From Mobula hypostoma (Eukaryota), in assembly GCF_963921235.1 (NCBI RefSeq), contig NC_086104.1, positions 4,526,001 through 4,590,000 on the forward strand: DNA of 64,000 bases, written 5' to 3'. The notes beneath the pieces were generated by a model, which was not told the origin of the DNA, searched no databases, and was given only the letters and a program-made list of their open reading frames with translations. The position numbers and the translations under genes are program-made. Below are positions 50,904 through 63,330 of this stretch, one piece after another. Within the stretch, counting starts at the first letter, position 1. Each line of letters begins with the position of its first letter.

Positions 50904-51199
50904 AAGGATTTCCTCAATTGTTCATCCTGGGTCAGTAACTGTGAATTACACAGCCCCAGATCTCTGTACCTCACCCATGTGGTCCGACTTCAGTCTCCTG
51001 CTGAGCAAAGAGATTTATCCTTGAGCCCACCCAGGGACACCAATTCTGCTACATGACTGGTCAGCATGGACTAGATGGGCTGAAGGTTCACAGATTCGCT
51101 GTATTACTCTGTGAATCTATTTGTTCTGCTGTCAGTGTGATCAGGCTCAGGGAGTTTGACAATGTGTGTGCCGATGTGTAAAAGTCAAAACTGCAATAA

Positions 51200-51500
51200 T
51201 ACATCAAACAGGAGAAGGTAGTGGAACATCAGCACAAACCACTAGAATATTTCTACCTGCCAAGGAATTGATTGTAGATTTCAGATAGGGTAAGACAAGG
51301 GAACACACTCACTAGTCCTCATAGAGGGAGCAGAAGTGGAAAGAGTGAGCAATTTCAAATTCCTGGGTGTCAATATCTCTGAGGAGCTATCCTGGGTCCA
51401 ACGTTTCGATGCAGTTACCAAGAAGACATGGCAGCAGAACTGCATGACTGCATGGCATTTCCTTTGGAGTTTGAGGAGCTTTGAATGTCACCAAAAACAC
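51200..51500 (+). mobile_element. Rex1/Babar LINE fragment
   Basis: ERVSNFKFLGVNISEELSW...FLWSLRSF. Confidence 0.7.
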
Positions 51501-51999
51501 ATCTCACCATTGACGGGGCAGAAATGCATCCTCCCACCTCGTTCGAGTGGGATGGTGGACCAACAGCGGCCTCTGGTGGTTGTTGTGCTACATGACAAAC
51601 ACTTCCCTTCTACCAGAGCCACACACACCAAGCAGGAGCTCAGCGTTCAGGCAGCATCGGAGGAGAGAAACGGATAGTCGACATTTCAGGTCGAGCCCTT
51701 TCCTCTCAGAGCACATTGCCTTCAATATTTGGGCAATTCACCGTGTGAGAATAGAGAATACAATATTAATGAAGAATCTGAATGGGAGAAAGGAGGGAGT
51801 GTTTAAGAGGAAGATCTAATGAGTAGGATTTAAGAGTATTTTGAAGTGCTGCCGCTGTTGTTGGTAAAACACAAACATCTAACACAGCAAGAAGGGAGAG
51901 AACGTGGAGCTGTGCAATGTAAGGAACTATGATATACTGGTTGCATCTCACTGTGTCATGGGCAACATGTGCTGTCTGAAGTGTCTTCTTCTTCATGTG

Positions 52000-52930
52000 C
52001 CTTGCGTGTTACACGCTTGGACGATCATGGCTTTCCACTTCGAATGATCCCACGCAGCGTCAATGATATCTCGCACACTTAGATCTGTTAGTTCTTTCAC
52101 AGTGTCCATATATTTTCTTCTTTGCCTTCCTCTTCCGCATTTCCCAGGAATACGGTCTTGTAATGTAAGGCATTCTATTTCTCCCTTTCTGATGTCAAAG
52201 CCCAGGAACTTAAGTTTCCTCTCATTTCATGTTCTCATTAAAGATCTTTTTGTATGGGCACGTTGCAGTACTGTCTCATTAGTTACCCTATCTTTATATG
52301 ATATTTTCAGCATTCTTCTAAGAAACCACATTTCTGTTGCTTCTAAGTTTTTTTGGAGTTCTGGTATTATAGTTCATGTTTCGGAAGCATACAGCAAGAT
52401 TGACCAGATGTAACATTTTAGTAGCCTAAGCCTTGTTGTCATAGAAATGTGTCTGTTGGTAAGAATGGGTTTCATTTTTTGGAAGTTGGTTTTGGCATTG
52501 GCAATTCTTTTTACTTCGACTTTACTTCTGGCATCTTGTGACATAAAGCTACCAAGGTAATTAAAGCTGGTCTTTTGTTCAATCTTTTGGTTACCGATGT
52601 ACAATTGGCAGCTGGGAGTATCCTGCTCTTTTGATATTACCATACACTTGGTTTTTTTGCAGTTGATGGTAAGACCAAAATTTGCATTTGTTGTACTACT
52701 TTGTCTAGGAGGATTTGTAGATCTTCTGCAGCACTTGCTATTAGGATGGTATCGTCTGCATATCTTATATTGTTGATGTTAACACCTCCAATTTTTATCC
52801 CATCTAGGTCTTCTATTTCTCTGAGAATCATTTCACTATAGATAATGAATAATTCTGGTGAGGCCACGCATTCCTGTCTAACTCCTCTTTGAATTTTAGT
52901 CCAACTGCTTATATTATCGTCAATTTTTAC
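52000..52930 (-). mobile_element. RTE-clade LINE fragment
   Basis: RGVRQECVASPELF, NNIRYADDTILIA, FNYLGS, LLKCYIWSILLYASET. Confidence 0.85.
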
Positions 52931-53520
52931 CCGCCTCCGTTTAGTTCCAATAAAAATTTCCATCCCCACAACATCACTGGCCTTACGAATGAGTTTGCTG
53001 ATTTTGTTGGTGTCTGCTACCCTCAGCCTGCTGCCCCAGTGCACAACAGCAAACATGATCGCACTGGCCACCACAGACTCGTAGAACATCCTCAGCATCG
53101 TCTGGCAGATGTTAAAGGACTTCAGTCTCCTCAGGAAATAGAGAAGGCTCTGATCCTTCTTCTAGACAGCCTCAGTGTTCTTTGACCAGTCCAGTTTACT
53201 GTCAATTCATATCCCCAGGTATTTGTAATCCTCCACCATGTCCACACTGACCCCCTGGATGGAAACAAGGGTCGCTAGTACCTTAGCTCTCCTCAGGTCT
53301 ACCACCAGCTCCTTAGTCTTTTTCACATTAAGCTGCAGATAATTCTGCTCACACCATGTGACAAAGTTTCCTACCATATCCCTGTACTCAACCTCATCTC
53401 CCTTGCTGATGCATTCAACTATGGCAGAGTCATCAGAAAACTTCTGAAGATGACAAGACTCTATGCAGTAGTTGAAGTCTGAGGTGTAAGTGATGAAGAG
53501 AAAGGGAGACAAGACACTCG
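52930..53520 (-). mobile_element. Rex1/Babar LINE fragment
   Basis: YTSDFNY...LQKFSDDSAIV...LNVKKTKELVVD; MLRMFYESVVASAI. Confidence 0.85.
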
Positions 53521-54200
53521 CTACCTCCTACCAATCAACCAATGTTCTAATCAGGCCAGTAACTTTCCTGTAATACCATGGGCTCTTAACTTAGTAAGCA
53601 GCCTCATGTGTGGCACCTTGTCAAAGGCCTTCTGAAAGTCCAAATATACAATATTCACTGCATCCCCTTTATCTCCCCTATTTGTAATCTCCAAAAAGAA
53701 TTTCAACAGGTTTGTCAAGCAAATTTTCCCTTCAGGAAACCATGCAGACTTTGTCTTATCATCTCCCATGGTCACCAAATACTCCATAAGTTCATCCTTA
53801 ACAATTGATTCCAACACCTTCCCAACCACTGAGGTCAAGCTAATTGGTCTATAATTTCCCTATTGCTGCCTTCCTCCTTTCTTTAAGAGTGGAGTGACAT
53901 TTGTAATTTTCCAGTCCTTTAGCACCATGCCAAGTCCAATGATGTTTGAAAGATCATTACTACTGCCTCCAAAATCTCTACTGCTACCTCTTTTGAAACC
54001 CTAGGCGCAGTTGAGCTGGTCTGGGTGACTTATGTACCATTAGGTCTTGCAGCTTTTTGAGCACCTTCTACCTTGTAACAGTATCTGCACTCACATCTCT
54101 TCCCACAAACCCTTCAACATCTGGCACACAGCTAGTGTCTTACACAGAGAAGACTGATGCAAAATACTCATTTAGTTCAGCTGCCATCTCCTTGGCAACC
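53520..54200 (-). mobile_element. CR1 RT fragment
   Basis: TSVVGKVLESIVK...VYLDFQKAFDKVPH. Confidence 0.85.
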
Positions 54201-55611
54201 ATTATTTTTTCTCCGGGCAGAAGATATGGAGATCCTGAGATGCCCAGTCATCAAGATTCCCCTCTCAGCCTCTCCAGTGTAGTCCAAAGGAAAGCTAATG
54301 AAGCAAGATATTTGGCACCAGGTTGGCTGCAGGAGCTGCCGGAAGGATAATCAATGAATCCAGCCACCTTAGGGTCTCCACTCCGGATTTGTTGTCTGGG
54401 TTTAGTCCTGTAGCCTTCGTCTCTCCCAAAGTTGCCCATAGGGCAGTGGGAAGATCTACCCATCGCTGGGGATCTGGTTCAAGAGCACCAGGACAGGTCC
54501 ACACCCCCGTGGGCCTGCATGCTACGTGTGCTGGAGCCAGATCTCTTCCCTGGAGTTCAGCCTGAGTCTGAAATTAGTTCAGTTTCCGGGTGTCGCCAGT
54601 GAGGAGGCACTACATGAGTCCCGCTGTTGGAGAGGCTCTGTACTGCCAGGGAGAGACCTACACATTCACCTCTCCTTTTCACAAGGCTGTTAGCCAGCGG
54701 CAGAAGCTGAAAATGAGAGCGACAAGCGCTGCTCACTACACCATTACAATAGATGCCATTTTGACACAAGCTTGTACAGTGTGTTGGTGTAAAATGGGCT
54801 GATTGTAAACATATCAAAGAGGAATATTTTTAAAGGGAAAATAATGATAACATATCTCCAGATATTCTGGAATTCTGCACTGGAATTGCATAATTACCCG
54901 TAATTCTTTATTATTAGGACATACACAGTATGTCATCATATTTCTCAAAATAAATATAGGTAGACAAAATAATGTGGGGTAAATAATCGAGTAAATGCAA
55001 GCAGGCCTTTTTCACTGAGATTGGGTGAAATTAGAACTAGAGGTCATGAGTTAAAGGTGAAAGGTGGGGGAGGGGAAGGAGGACAATCTGAAGGGTGATA
55101 GGTTAGTTGGGAGGGGGCAGTGGAGTAAGAAGCTGGGAGTTGATCGGTGGAAAAGGCAAAAGTGTGGAAAAGGATTCTAATATGACAGGAGATGGACCAT
55201 GGAGAAAGGGAGAAAGGGAAGGAGGAAGGGCACTAGGAGAGGGTGATAGACGGATGAGGAGAAGAGAAGAAATAAAGCAGGAGTGGGGTGGGTCAGTGTG
55301 GGGAATTGAAGAAGAGGGAAGGGGTGGGGAAATACAGACATTAGTGAAAGCGTTGTTTACACCATTAAGTGGAGGCTACCCAGCCAAAGTATGAAGAGTT
55401 CATGTCTGACCTGAGAGTGGTCTCATCATGGCAGAAGAGGAAGCCATGGACCAATACATTGGAATGGGAATAGGGATTAGAATTAAAATGGTTGCCCAGC
55501 AGGAAATTCTGCTGTTAGTGAATTGAGTAAAGGAGTGAATTGAACAAAGGGACCCTCAACATACTGGTTTACTGTAATTTAAGCAACATGGTACTCTGGT
55601 TGTGTACAATG

Positions 55612-55925
55612 GGTGATTGATATGTTCGTGGCCTAAGGTAGAAGGACTCAATTTTAGAAAACTTAGCACATTTATTTTTCAACATAGTCCCCTCCTACAT
55701 TTACACACTTAGTCCAGCGGTGGTGGACCATATGGATCTTGGACCTCCAGAAAGTGTCCACAGAAGGGGTGATTAATAAGTTCATGGCCTTAGGTAGAAG
55801 GAGATGAGTTATACAGCTCTCATTACATGCACATTCAGTTCAACTCTTTGAGTGAAAATGCAGAAAGTTTGAAATTAATAACTCATCTCCTTCTACCATA
55901 GGCCATGAACTTATCAATCACCCCT
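55612..55925. mobile_element. Tc1/mariner-type end fragment (55612-55720) and 161 bp MITE (55765-55925)
   Basis: About 48 bp terminal inverted repeats AGGGGTGATT(A/G)ATAAGTTCATGGCCT..GGTAGAAGGAGATGAGTTAT; mariner assignment is inference. Confidence 0.75.
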
Positions 55926-55929
55926 GATG

Positions 55930-57230
55930 AGTTATTAACTGATGAGTCCTGTCTCCGAAGACCAAGGCTCTGTGTTCTGCATTCCTGTCTTGCAAGACCA
56001 AGGCTCTGTGTTCTACGTTTCTGTCTCCCAAGACCAAGTCTGAGCTTCGTGTCCTCATCCAGTTCTGGTCCCGCATCCTGCCCAGGAGTCCCACGTCCTG
56101 CCGCCACGTCCAGTCCTGTAGTCACGTCCTGTCCTCGCCTAGATCAGGAGTCCGAGCCCAAGTCAAGACCCAGGTTCCGAGTCTCTGTCCAGTCTCTGGC
56201 TCGGAGTCCTTGTCTAGGTTCCAAGTTCCTAGGTCCTCGTCCAGGTCCCGCTTTCCAGCATCTTGTCCAGCATCCGGCGTCGTTTCTTCCCCACTTTGCT
56301 TGCTTTCTTGACACATCTAGTCCTGTTCCTAGTACTTCAGTGTCTGTGTCTTGCAATTGGGTCCACCATCAACACCCCCCTTATAACAGAACAGTCCAGT
56401 CAAATATGGACCCAGCAACACAGACACTGTCATTTTATTCTCACCAACCATTCTGGGTTCCCTCCTGGTCAATGCCCCCCACCCGCCCAGGTCATCTATG
56501 GTCTGGGATAGCCTGTTCGGTCACCAGGAGGTTCCCATAGAGGCGGGTACTGTCATGGTCCAGTCTGTGGAGTCTGCATTCCAGTTCGCAGTCTGGTCCA
56601 TCAATCCTCATTCCAGGTTTTCCCTTGTTCTGAAGGAGTGCCTCTATTGAGGCACATGATTCTCATTTTAGGATGCTAAATAAATAGCTCCTGGGTTCAG
56701 CTTGAGTTGCTGGACTGTTCCCTTCCCCTTCCTTCTGTTGCCCTTTGCTGAAGCCTCGCCTGCTACCTTTCGCCTGAAGCCTTGCCTGCTACCTTTCGCC
56801 TGAAGCCTCGCCTGCTACCTTTCGCCTGAAGCCTTGCCTGTGTCCTCACCTATTTTCGCCATCATGTTCTACCACTGGAACAAGACTGGAGCCTTGCTGT
56901 GTCAAGATAAGGAACTGTCTTTCCTTGTGTTGGGAAATGTCTCTGTGTCCACGTCTTTGCTATGTAGGTCCAGCTGTTTGCCGCTACCTAATGTTGGGAA
57001 TCGTCTCTGTGTCCACGCCTTCGCTAGGTAGGTCCAACCGTTTGCCGCTACCTTATGTTAGGAACCGCTCGTCCTGTTCAGCATTCTGTGTATGAGTCCC
57101 GGCCCTACCTCCTGTTCCCAAGGAGGGGCCCCGGCTCTGTGTTTTGTGTATGAGTCCCGGCCCTACGTCCCGGCTCTGTGTTCAAGACCCAGGTTCCGGG
57201 TCCTTGTCCAGTCTCTGGCTCGGAGTCCTT
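55930..57230 (+). mobile_element. Miniature LTR element: partial LTR (to 56388), 162 bp internal (56389-56550), LTR (56551 to about 57230)
   Basis: TTATAACA|GAACAGTCCAGTCAAATATGGACCCAGCA...GAGGCGGGTAC|TGTCATGGTCC. Confidence 0.85.
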
Positions 57231-57234
57231 GTCC

Positions 57235-58975
57235 AGCATGCCTTATGAGAATAGGCTGAGTGAACTCAGCCTTTTCTCCTTAGAGCAACGGAGGATGAGA
57301 GGTAACCTGAAAGAGATGTATAAGATGATGAGAGGCATTGATCATGTGGATAGTCAGAGGCTTTTTCCCAGGGGTGAAAAGGTTGCCACTAGAGGACACA
57401 GGTTTAAGGTGCTGGGGAGGAGATACAGAGGAGATGTCAAGGGTAAGTTTTTACTCGGAGAGTGGTGAGTGCGTGGAATGGGCTGCTGGCAATGGTGGTG
57501 GAGGCGGATACGATAGGGTCTTTTAAGAGACAGATAGGTACATGGAGCTTAGTAAAATCGAGGACTATAGGTGAGCATAGTAATTTCTAAGGTAGGGACA
57601 TGTTTGGCACAATTTTGTGGGCCGAAGGGCCTGTATTGTGCTGTAGGTTTTCTATATTCTGTGTTCTAGATCCATGGGAAGGAGGAAGAAGTATTCTAAA
57701 GGCAGGATGACACAACTGTGGCTGACAAGAAAAGTCAAAGTCAAAAAATCAACATAAAAAAACAGAAGAGAGGGCATAAAATAGGGCAAAATTAGGTGGA
57801 AGTTCGGGGATTGGGAAGCTTTTAAAAACCAAAAGAGGGCAACTAAAAAGGTTAGAGTGAAGGTAAAAATGGAATACAAAGGCAAGCTGGTCAATAATAT
57901 TGGAGAGGATGCCAGAAGTTCCTTCAGTTATACAAAGTGGAAAAGAGAGGTGAGAGTGGATATCAGTCTGCTGGAAAATGACGCTGGAACACTTGTAATG
58001 GGGACAAGGAAGTGGATGAACTGAGTATGTATTTTACATCAGTCTTCACTTTGGAAGACACCAGCAGTATGCTGGAAGTTTGAAACAGTCAGGGGTCAGA
58101 AGTGGGTGAATTTGTTTTTACGAGGGAGAAGGTGCTTGGGAAACTGAAAGGTCTGAAGGTAGATAAGTCTGAAAAAGTTGGCTAAAGAGACTCTGGAGAT
58201 ATAAATAATGATCTTTCAAGAATCAATAGATTATGGCATGGTTCCGGATGACTGGAAAATCGCAAATGTCACTCCACTATTCAGAAATGGGAGGGGCAGA
58301 AGAAAGAATATAATGGCTTTGTCAGTCTGACCTCTGTGGTTGGGAAGAAGTTGGAGTCAATTGTTAAGGTTATGGTTTTGGGTCCTTGGAGATACATGAA
58401 AAAATAGGCTGAAGTCAGATTGGCCTCCTTCAGGGCAACTTTTGCCTGACAAATCTATTGGAACTCTTTGAAGGAATATCAAACTGGATAGACAAAGGAG
58501 AATTAGTGGATGTTGTGCACTTGTATTTTCAGAAGGTCTTGACAAGGTGCCACATGTGAGGCTGCTTAGCAATTTAAGAGCCAATGGTATTACGTACAGG
58601 GAAGACACAGGTACGTAGAATATACATGGGTAGAATATTGGCTGATTGGGAATAATGGGAATCTTTTCTGGTGACTAGCGGTGTTCCTTGGGGTTCTGTG
58701 TTGGGACTGCAACCTCTTACATGAAATGCTAGAGATTTGAAAGACAGAATTGAGGGCTTTTGTCCAAGTCTGCAGACAATATGAGGACAGGTGGAGGGGC
58801 AGAGAGTGTTGAGGAAGCAGAGAGCTACAGAGGAATTTAGACAGTTTAGGAGAATGGGCAAAGAACTGGGAGATGAAATATTGTGTCGGGAAATGTGTGG
58901 TCCTGCAATTTAATAGAAGGAATAAAAAGCTAGACTATTTTCTAAATGGAGAAAAAATTCAGAAATCTGAAGCAC
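57235..58975 (+). mobile_element. Two decayed CR1 fragments
   Basis: PYENRLSELSLFSLEQRRMRG 3' end; then degenerate linker and RT region. Confidence 0.8.
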
Positions 58976-59204
58976 GTGAACTTGAAGATGAACTCCTCCA
59001 CTCTCTAAACTGAGAGCACCACAATCCAATTGTGAAAATGGCTGAGAACATTGAACCCTGCCTCATCTCACCAGTAGATCTGATTCAGACTCATCACCAC
59101 ACAGGGCTCATTGCTCACTGGGTGTTCCTGTCTAAAGACTTCCCCACATTCTCACCACTTCCATAGCAGTTGATGTGGTTTAGTCGCCCTGTCCATAGAT
59201 GTTG

Positions 59205-59255
59205 CTACGTACCTTGGAGATGACTGTAGATGGACTGAGTGGGACGTTGCAGAGC
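59205..59255 (-). CDS. Receptor terminal exon ALQRPTQSIYSHLQGT* (second half of ITAM)
   Basis: Acceptor TGTGTTCTCTACTAG, phase 0, 17 codons ending TAG at 59207-59205. Confidence 0.75.
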   Translation of the reverse strand, partial: ALQRPTQSIYSHLQGT

Positions 59256-59345
59256 CTAGTAGAGAACACAGAAATGGTGTGAACAACAGCTTGACAGCTC
59301 ATGCTGTGGGAAAAGCTTCAATGTTCCAAAGGTGACCTTCCTTAC

Positions 59346-59387
59346 CATGTAGGTGTTGTTTGAATCGAGCTGGTGACCTCCTGAACC
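59346..59387 (-). CDS. Receptor cytoplasmic exon GSGGHQLDSNNTYM (first Tyr of ITAM)
   Basis: Acceptor TGTTCTGTTGTAG, donor GTAAGG, 42 nt, phase 0/0. Confidence 0.75.
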
Positions 59388-59959
59388 CTACAACAGAACA
59401 GAATTGAACCGTTACATCGGTCTAAACATTGTCAACACTGGCTTTAAGTTGAGAGCGGGACAGTTTAAGGGAGATGTGTGGGGCAATTTATCTTCACACA
59501 GTGGGTGGTGGGTGTCTGGGACACACTGCCAGGGTGGTGCTGGAAACAAACACAACAGTAGCATTTAAGAGGCATTTAGACAGACACAGGAACATGGAGG
59601 GAAATGGATGAAAGTTCAAAGGAAAATTTATTTTCAGAGTACATCCATGTCTCCACATACAACCCTGAGATTCTTTTTCCTGCGGGCATACTCAGCAAAT
59701 CTATAGAACAGTAACTGTAAACTGGATCAATGAAAGAAAAAAAGCATAGAAGATTTCAAACTGTGCAAATGCAAATTTAAATAAATAGCAATAAATAACG
59801 AGAATGTGAAATAACAAGATAAAGAGTTCTTAAAGTCAGATAATTTTTGATGGGAATATTGGTTGTGGGATCATTTGCAGGGAGATGGGATTATTTTGAT
59901 AAAGACAAAATATTCTGTAGATGCTGGAATTCAGAGCAAAACACACAAAATTCTGGAGG

Positions 59960-60230
59960 ATCTCAGCAGGTCAGGCAGCATCTTTGGAAAGGAAGAAGAT
60001 GACACCTGCCCATTCACCTCCTTCCTCAGCTCCATTCAGGGCCCCAAACTATCCTTTCAGTTGAGGCAACACTTCACCTTCAAATCTGTTGGGACTCCCA
60101 ATGGGGCCTCCTCAATACTGGTGAGATCCAGTGCAGATTGGGTGACTGCTTTCACGAGCACCTCCGTTCCATTCACAATAAGCAGCATTTCAGATGGCTA
60201 ACCATTTTAATTCCAATCCCATTCCCATTG
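59960..60230 (+). mobile_element. Penelope-like GIY-YIG remnant
   Basis: LNTGEIQCRLGDCFHEHLRS resembles the Penelope endonuclease YIGET.R.L..R..EH motif. Confidence 0.65.
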
Positions 60231-60679
60231 AAACACGTTCAATGGCTCAATTTAATATCAGAGATTGTATACAGTATACAACCTGAAATTCTTACTCTTT
60301 GCAGATATCCACAAAACAGGAAAAACCCAAAGAGTGAGTGACAGAAATGTTAGAACCCCCAAAGCCCCCTCCCCCTCCCACTCACAAGCATCAAAATCAT
60401 CGACCCTCCCTCCTCCCCCACCCAACTTGTTCCAGCAAAAGCTCTGACCCAACTACCCACCATGCAAGCAAAAGCAAACCCCCCAAAGAGACCATGATCT
60501 AGACTGCATCAAAAAACTATTGTCCAACCCAACACTTCATCATTTCAGACAGGTTTTCTCTCAGTAGCAAGGTAGGGAAGAATATTGATCATGTAGCAAC
60601 CAAAAGGGGGAGATCAGCAGCTCACTCTTTGGATGTTACAGTCTGCCGCGTCACATCTCCAAGCCCCTCGACTCGAGGA

Positions 60680-60845
60680 CCGACAGACACACGAGAGAGA
60701 CATGGACAGGGGAAAGGGAGAGATGGGGAAGTGAGAGGGAGGAAAGGGGGAGAAGTGGAAGGGAAGAAGGGGAGGGGAAGGGGAGAGAGGAAGGGGGGAT
60801 GGCGAGAGGGAGGGGGAGGAGAGGGAGATGAAGAGGCAGAGAGAT
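60680..60845 (+). repeat. Purine-rich (G/A) low-complexity tract
   Basis: Almost entirely G and A for about 165 bp; inside the predicted 61940-59388 intron. Confidence 0.85.
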
Positions 60846-61339
60846 TGTTTAAGTGCAGGGGTCCTCTTCCAAAAGCTGCACGCACCACCTGCTGTCTCAA
60901 TATTTCTTTCAGCCTCCTGCAAAACTCCAGTCAACAACTACAGCAAGAAATAAGTTTGCCTATGAAAGTGCACATCTTCTAGTCCACGCATGGTTGGTCA
61001 TGGGATGAAGGGATACGGGGAGCAGGCAGGAAATTGGGGCTGAGAGGAAAGTTGGATCAGCCATGATGAAATAGTGGAGCAGATTCTATGAGCCAAATGG
61101 TCTAATTCCGCTCCAGTATTTTATGGTCTTGTATCAAAATGTCAGGCAAAATGGCGAGTCCAAGAACAAGAACCCACCACATGTGGAGAATTGTAGCTTG
61201 AGCTGCAACTGTAAATCATGGACTCCAACAGGTCCGTCGCCTGCTTTATGACAAAAATGAGGCCATTCTCACATTGGAAGCCTCATATGGACAGCCTGCA
61301 ATCTGATGCCATGAACATCAATTTCTATAACTTCAGGTA

Positions 61340-61670
61340 TTTTCAACACACTCCTCCATTTTCCTCAACTGCCTATCACTTCCCCATGTTGCCCCCTTCC
61401 ATGCTTTTGTCCAATAGTCTACTCTCCTCTCCCATCAGATTCTTCCTTCTTCAGCCTTTTAGCTTTCCCACCTATCACCTCCCAGCTTCTTACTTCATCC
61501 ACCCCACCTTCCACCTATCACCTTCTAGCTTGAAGTCCTACCCATCACCCCACAGCTTCTCATTCTGCCTTCTGTGTCCATCTTTTCAAGGCCTGATGAA
61601 GGGTTTTGGTCTGAAGCTCCATTCATTCCATAGATGCTGCCTGACCTGTGGAGTTTCTCCAGCAGTTTGT
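61340..61670 (+). mobile_element. Penelope-like remnant
   Basis: Same pyrimidine-rich body and GATGCTGCCTGACCTG end as 37500-37880. Confidence 0.6.
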
Positions 61671-61940
61671 CTGTGTCGCTGGGGATTAGTTTCATGCAGC
61701 ATCCTGGTTGGCACAGCCATGATGGGCAGAAGGGCCTTTTCCTGTGCTGTACAGCTGTACGGTCTGTGGTCAATATCCAGGAACAGTTACACCACATACA
61801 TTTGCAAATCATTCAGACATTGCAGAAATATTCGATGAACCACAATGTCACTGGGGAATATCCCTGATGTAAGAAGCCAAAAACATACCAGAGCGATCCC
61901 CACACAATTCTACTCATCTGAGAAAAGCATCAGAACTCAC

Positions 61941-62014
61941 CGGGACATCCCTGGCCACGGAAACATTTTCATAATCTGCCCCTGAGCTCCGGTGATCAGT
62001 TTCTGTTGGTGGGT
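61941..62014 (-). CDS. Receptor cytoplasmic exon (H)PPTETDHRSSGADYENVSVARDVP
   Basis: Acceptor TCTATTTCACAG, donor GTGAGT, 74 nt, phase 1/0; YENV motif. Confidence 0.8.
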
Positions 62015-62180
62015 CTGTGAAATAGAGTATAAATTATCAGTAACACCCGTCTCTGAGCCATGAGTCCCACATTGTTGTCACAACACAACGACGGGCTCTT
62101 TCACAATCAGTCCCCGACCTTCACATTTTAATAACCCCACACAACAATCAGATCAGAATGAACCATTTAGTCACACGTAC

Positions 62181-62300
62181 GGGATGGGTGGTTTCTAAAC
62201 GCTCTGCGTCTGATGAGGAAAATGCCTCCAGTGACAGTGAGAACTCCCAGCACGACAGCCAGAATGAGCCAGGCCAGGTACGATGGGGCTCGGGACATCT
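62181..62300 (-). CDS. Receptor transmembrane exon (K)MSRAPSYLAWLILAVVLGVLTVTGGIFLIRRRAFRNHPS
   Basis: Acceptor TTTCCGTTCCTCAAACAG, donor GTACGT, 120 nt, phase 1/1; hydrophobic run of about 22 aa followed by RRR stop-transfer. Confidence 0.85.
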
Positions 62301-63330
62301 CTGTTTGAGGAACGGAAAGGAAATCACATCAGTGGGTAAACATCTGGGAAGCTCACTGTCAGTGTAGAAGGAATCCACTCGGCCCATCCTTCTGTGCCAG
62401 CTCTTTGAAAAAGGTGCTCACTAATCCCAGTCTCCTCATTCCCCAGAGTCCTGTGAAAAGTCCTTTCCAAGTATTTACCCAATCCCTGAAGGAATGATAC
62501 TGTTCCACCTGCTTGTTCCAACTGACCCAGTGGGTGACTGAATAAAGCACAACCCTCAGAGACTTCTTGTTCCTCATTGCCGTCTCACTGGAGACCATAA
62601 TTCCAGTAAGGCATCGTTACTCTTGTACTCAAATCTGTCCCACAATAATGGACAAGGGGTTCCTTTCCGAATCAGCTGTTGTACCTGCCTGCTGGGTTTG
62701 ATCTTTGTGTACAAGGCCACCCAGATTCCCCAGGACATGAATGTCCCTCAGTCTCTCTCCATTCAGAAATTATTCTTTGTTTCTATTTTTCCTACCAAGA
62801 GAATGATCTCACATTTGTCCACATGATATTCCAACTGTCTTCACCTTGCACGTTCACTCCGTGTGTCTCCATCCCCGTACGTCTCTGCATCCTCCTGACC
62901 AATCACCCTGCAAGCACCTCTGCATCCCCGACAGGCTTGGATACACTTGGTCCCCTCATTGATACAGATTGTTGGAGCTGGGGCCCAGCCCTGATCCCAG
63001 TCACTACTGACAGTCTTCCAGACAATCAACCACTCTTCCCATTTCTTGTTCCCTGGACTGTGCTCATTTCTAAAGATGCTGCCTGGCCTGCTGAGTTCCT
63101 CCAGTATTTTGTGGGAATTGAACCTCAATCACTGTAAATTGTTCTACTAATCACTACACTACCGTGTCACATGATTGAAAGATTTACTAACCTTAATGTA
63201 GACAACATCCACTTCCCAACCCTCCATTACCTTCATCCTCTCCTCAGAAACTCAATCAAGCTGATGAGACGTGATTTTCCCCACACAACATTCAGGAACA
63301 CACTGCTGAATAAATAGAACTTGTACTCAC

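Noticed and set aside
55905-56540. 211 aa plus-strand ORF and 206 aa ORF at 61218-61838
   Set aside because: They run through LTR tandem repeats or Penelope low-complexity sequence; no protein motifs.
58980-59204. Additional coding exon after YSHLQ using the GTACGT donor
   Set aside because: Read-through gives an immediate natural stop (QGT*), and downstream acceptors add nothing recognisable. The simpler terminal-exon model is kept, though alternative splicing is possible.
62330-63230. Possible constant-domain or stalk exon between V and TM
   Set aside because: Sequence resolves into degenerate CR1 and Penelope remnants; no C1 or C2 cysteine pattern found. A very small stalk exon cannot be excluded.
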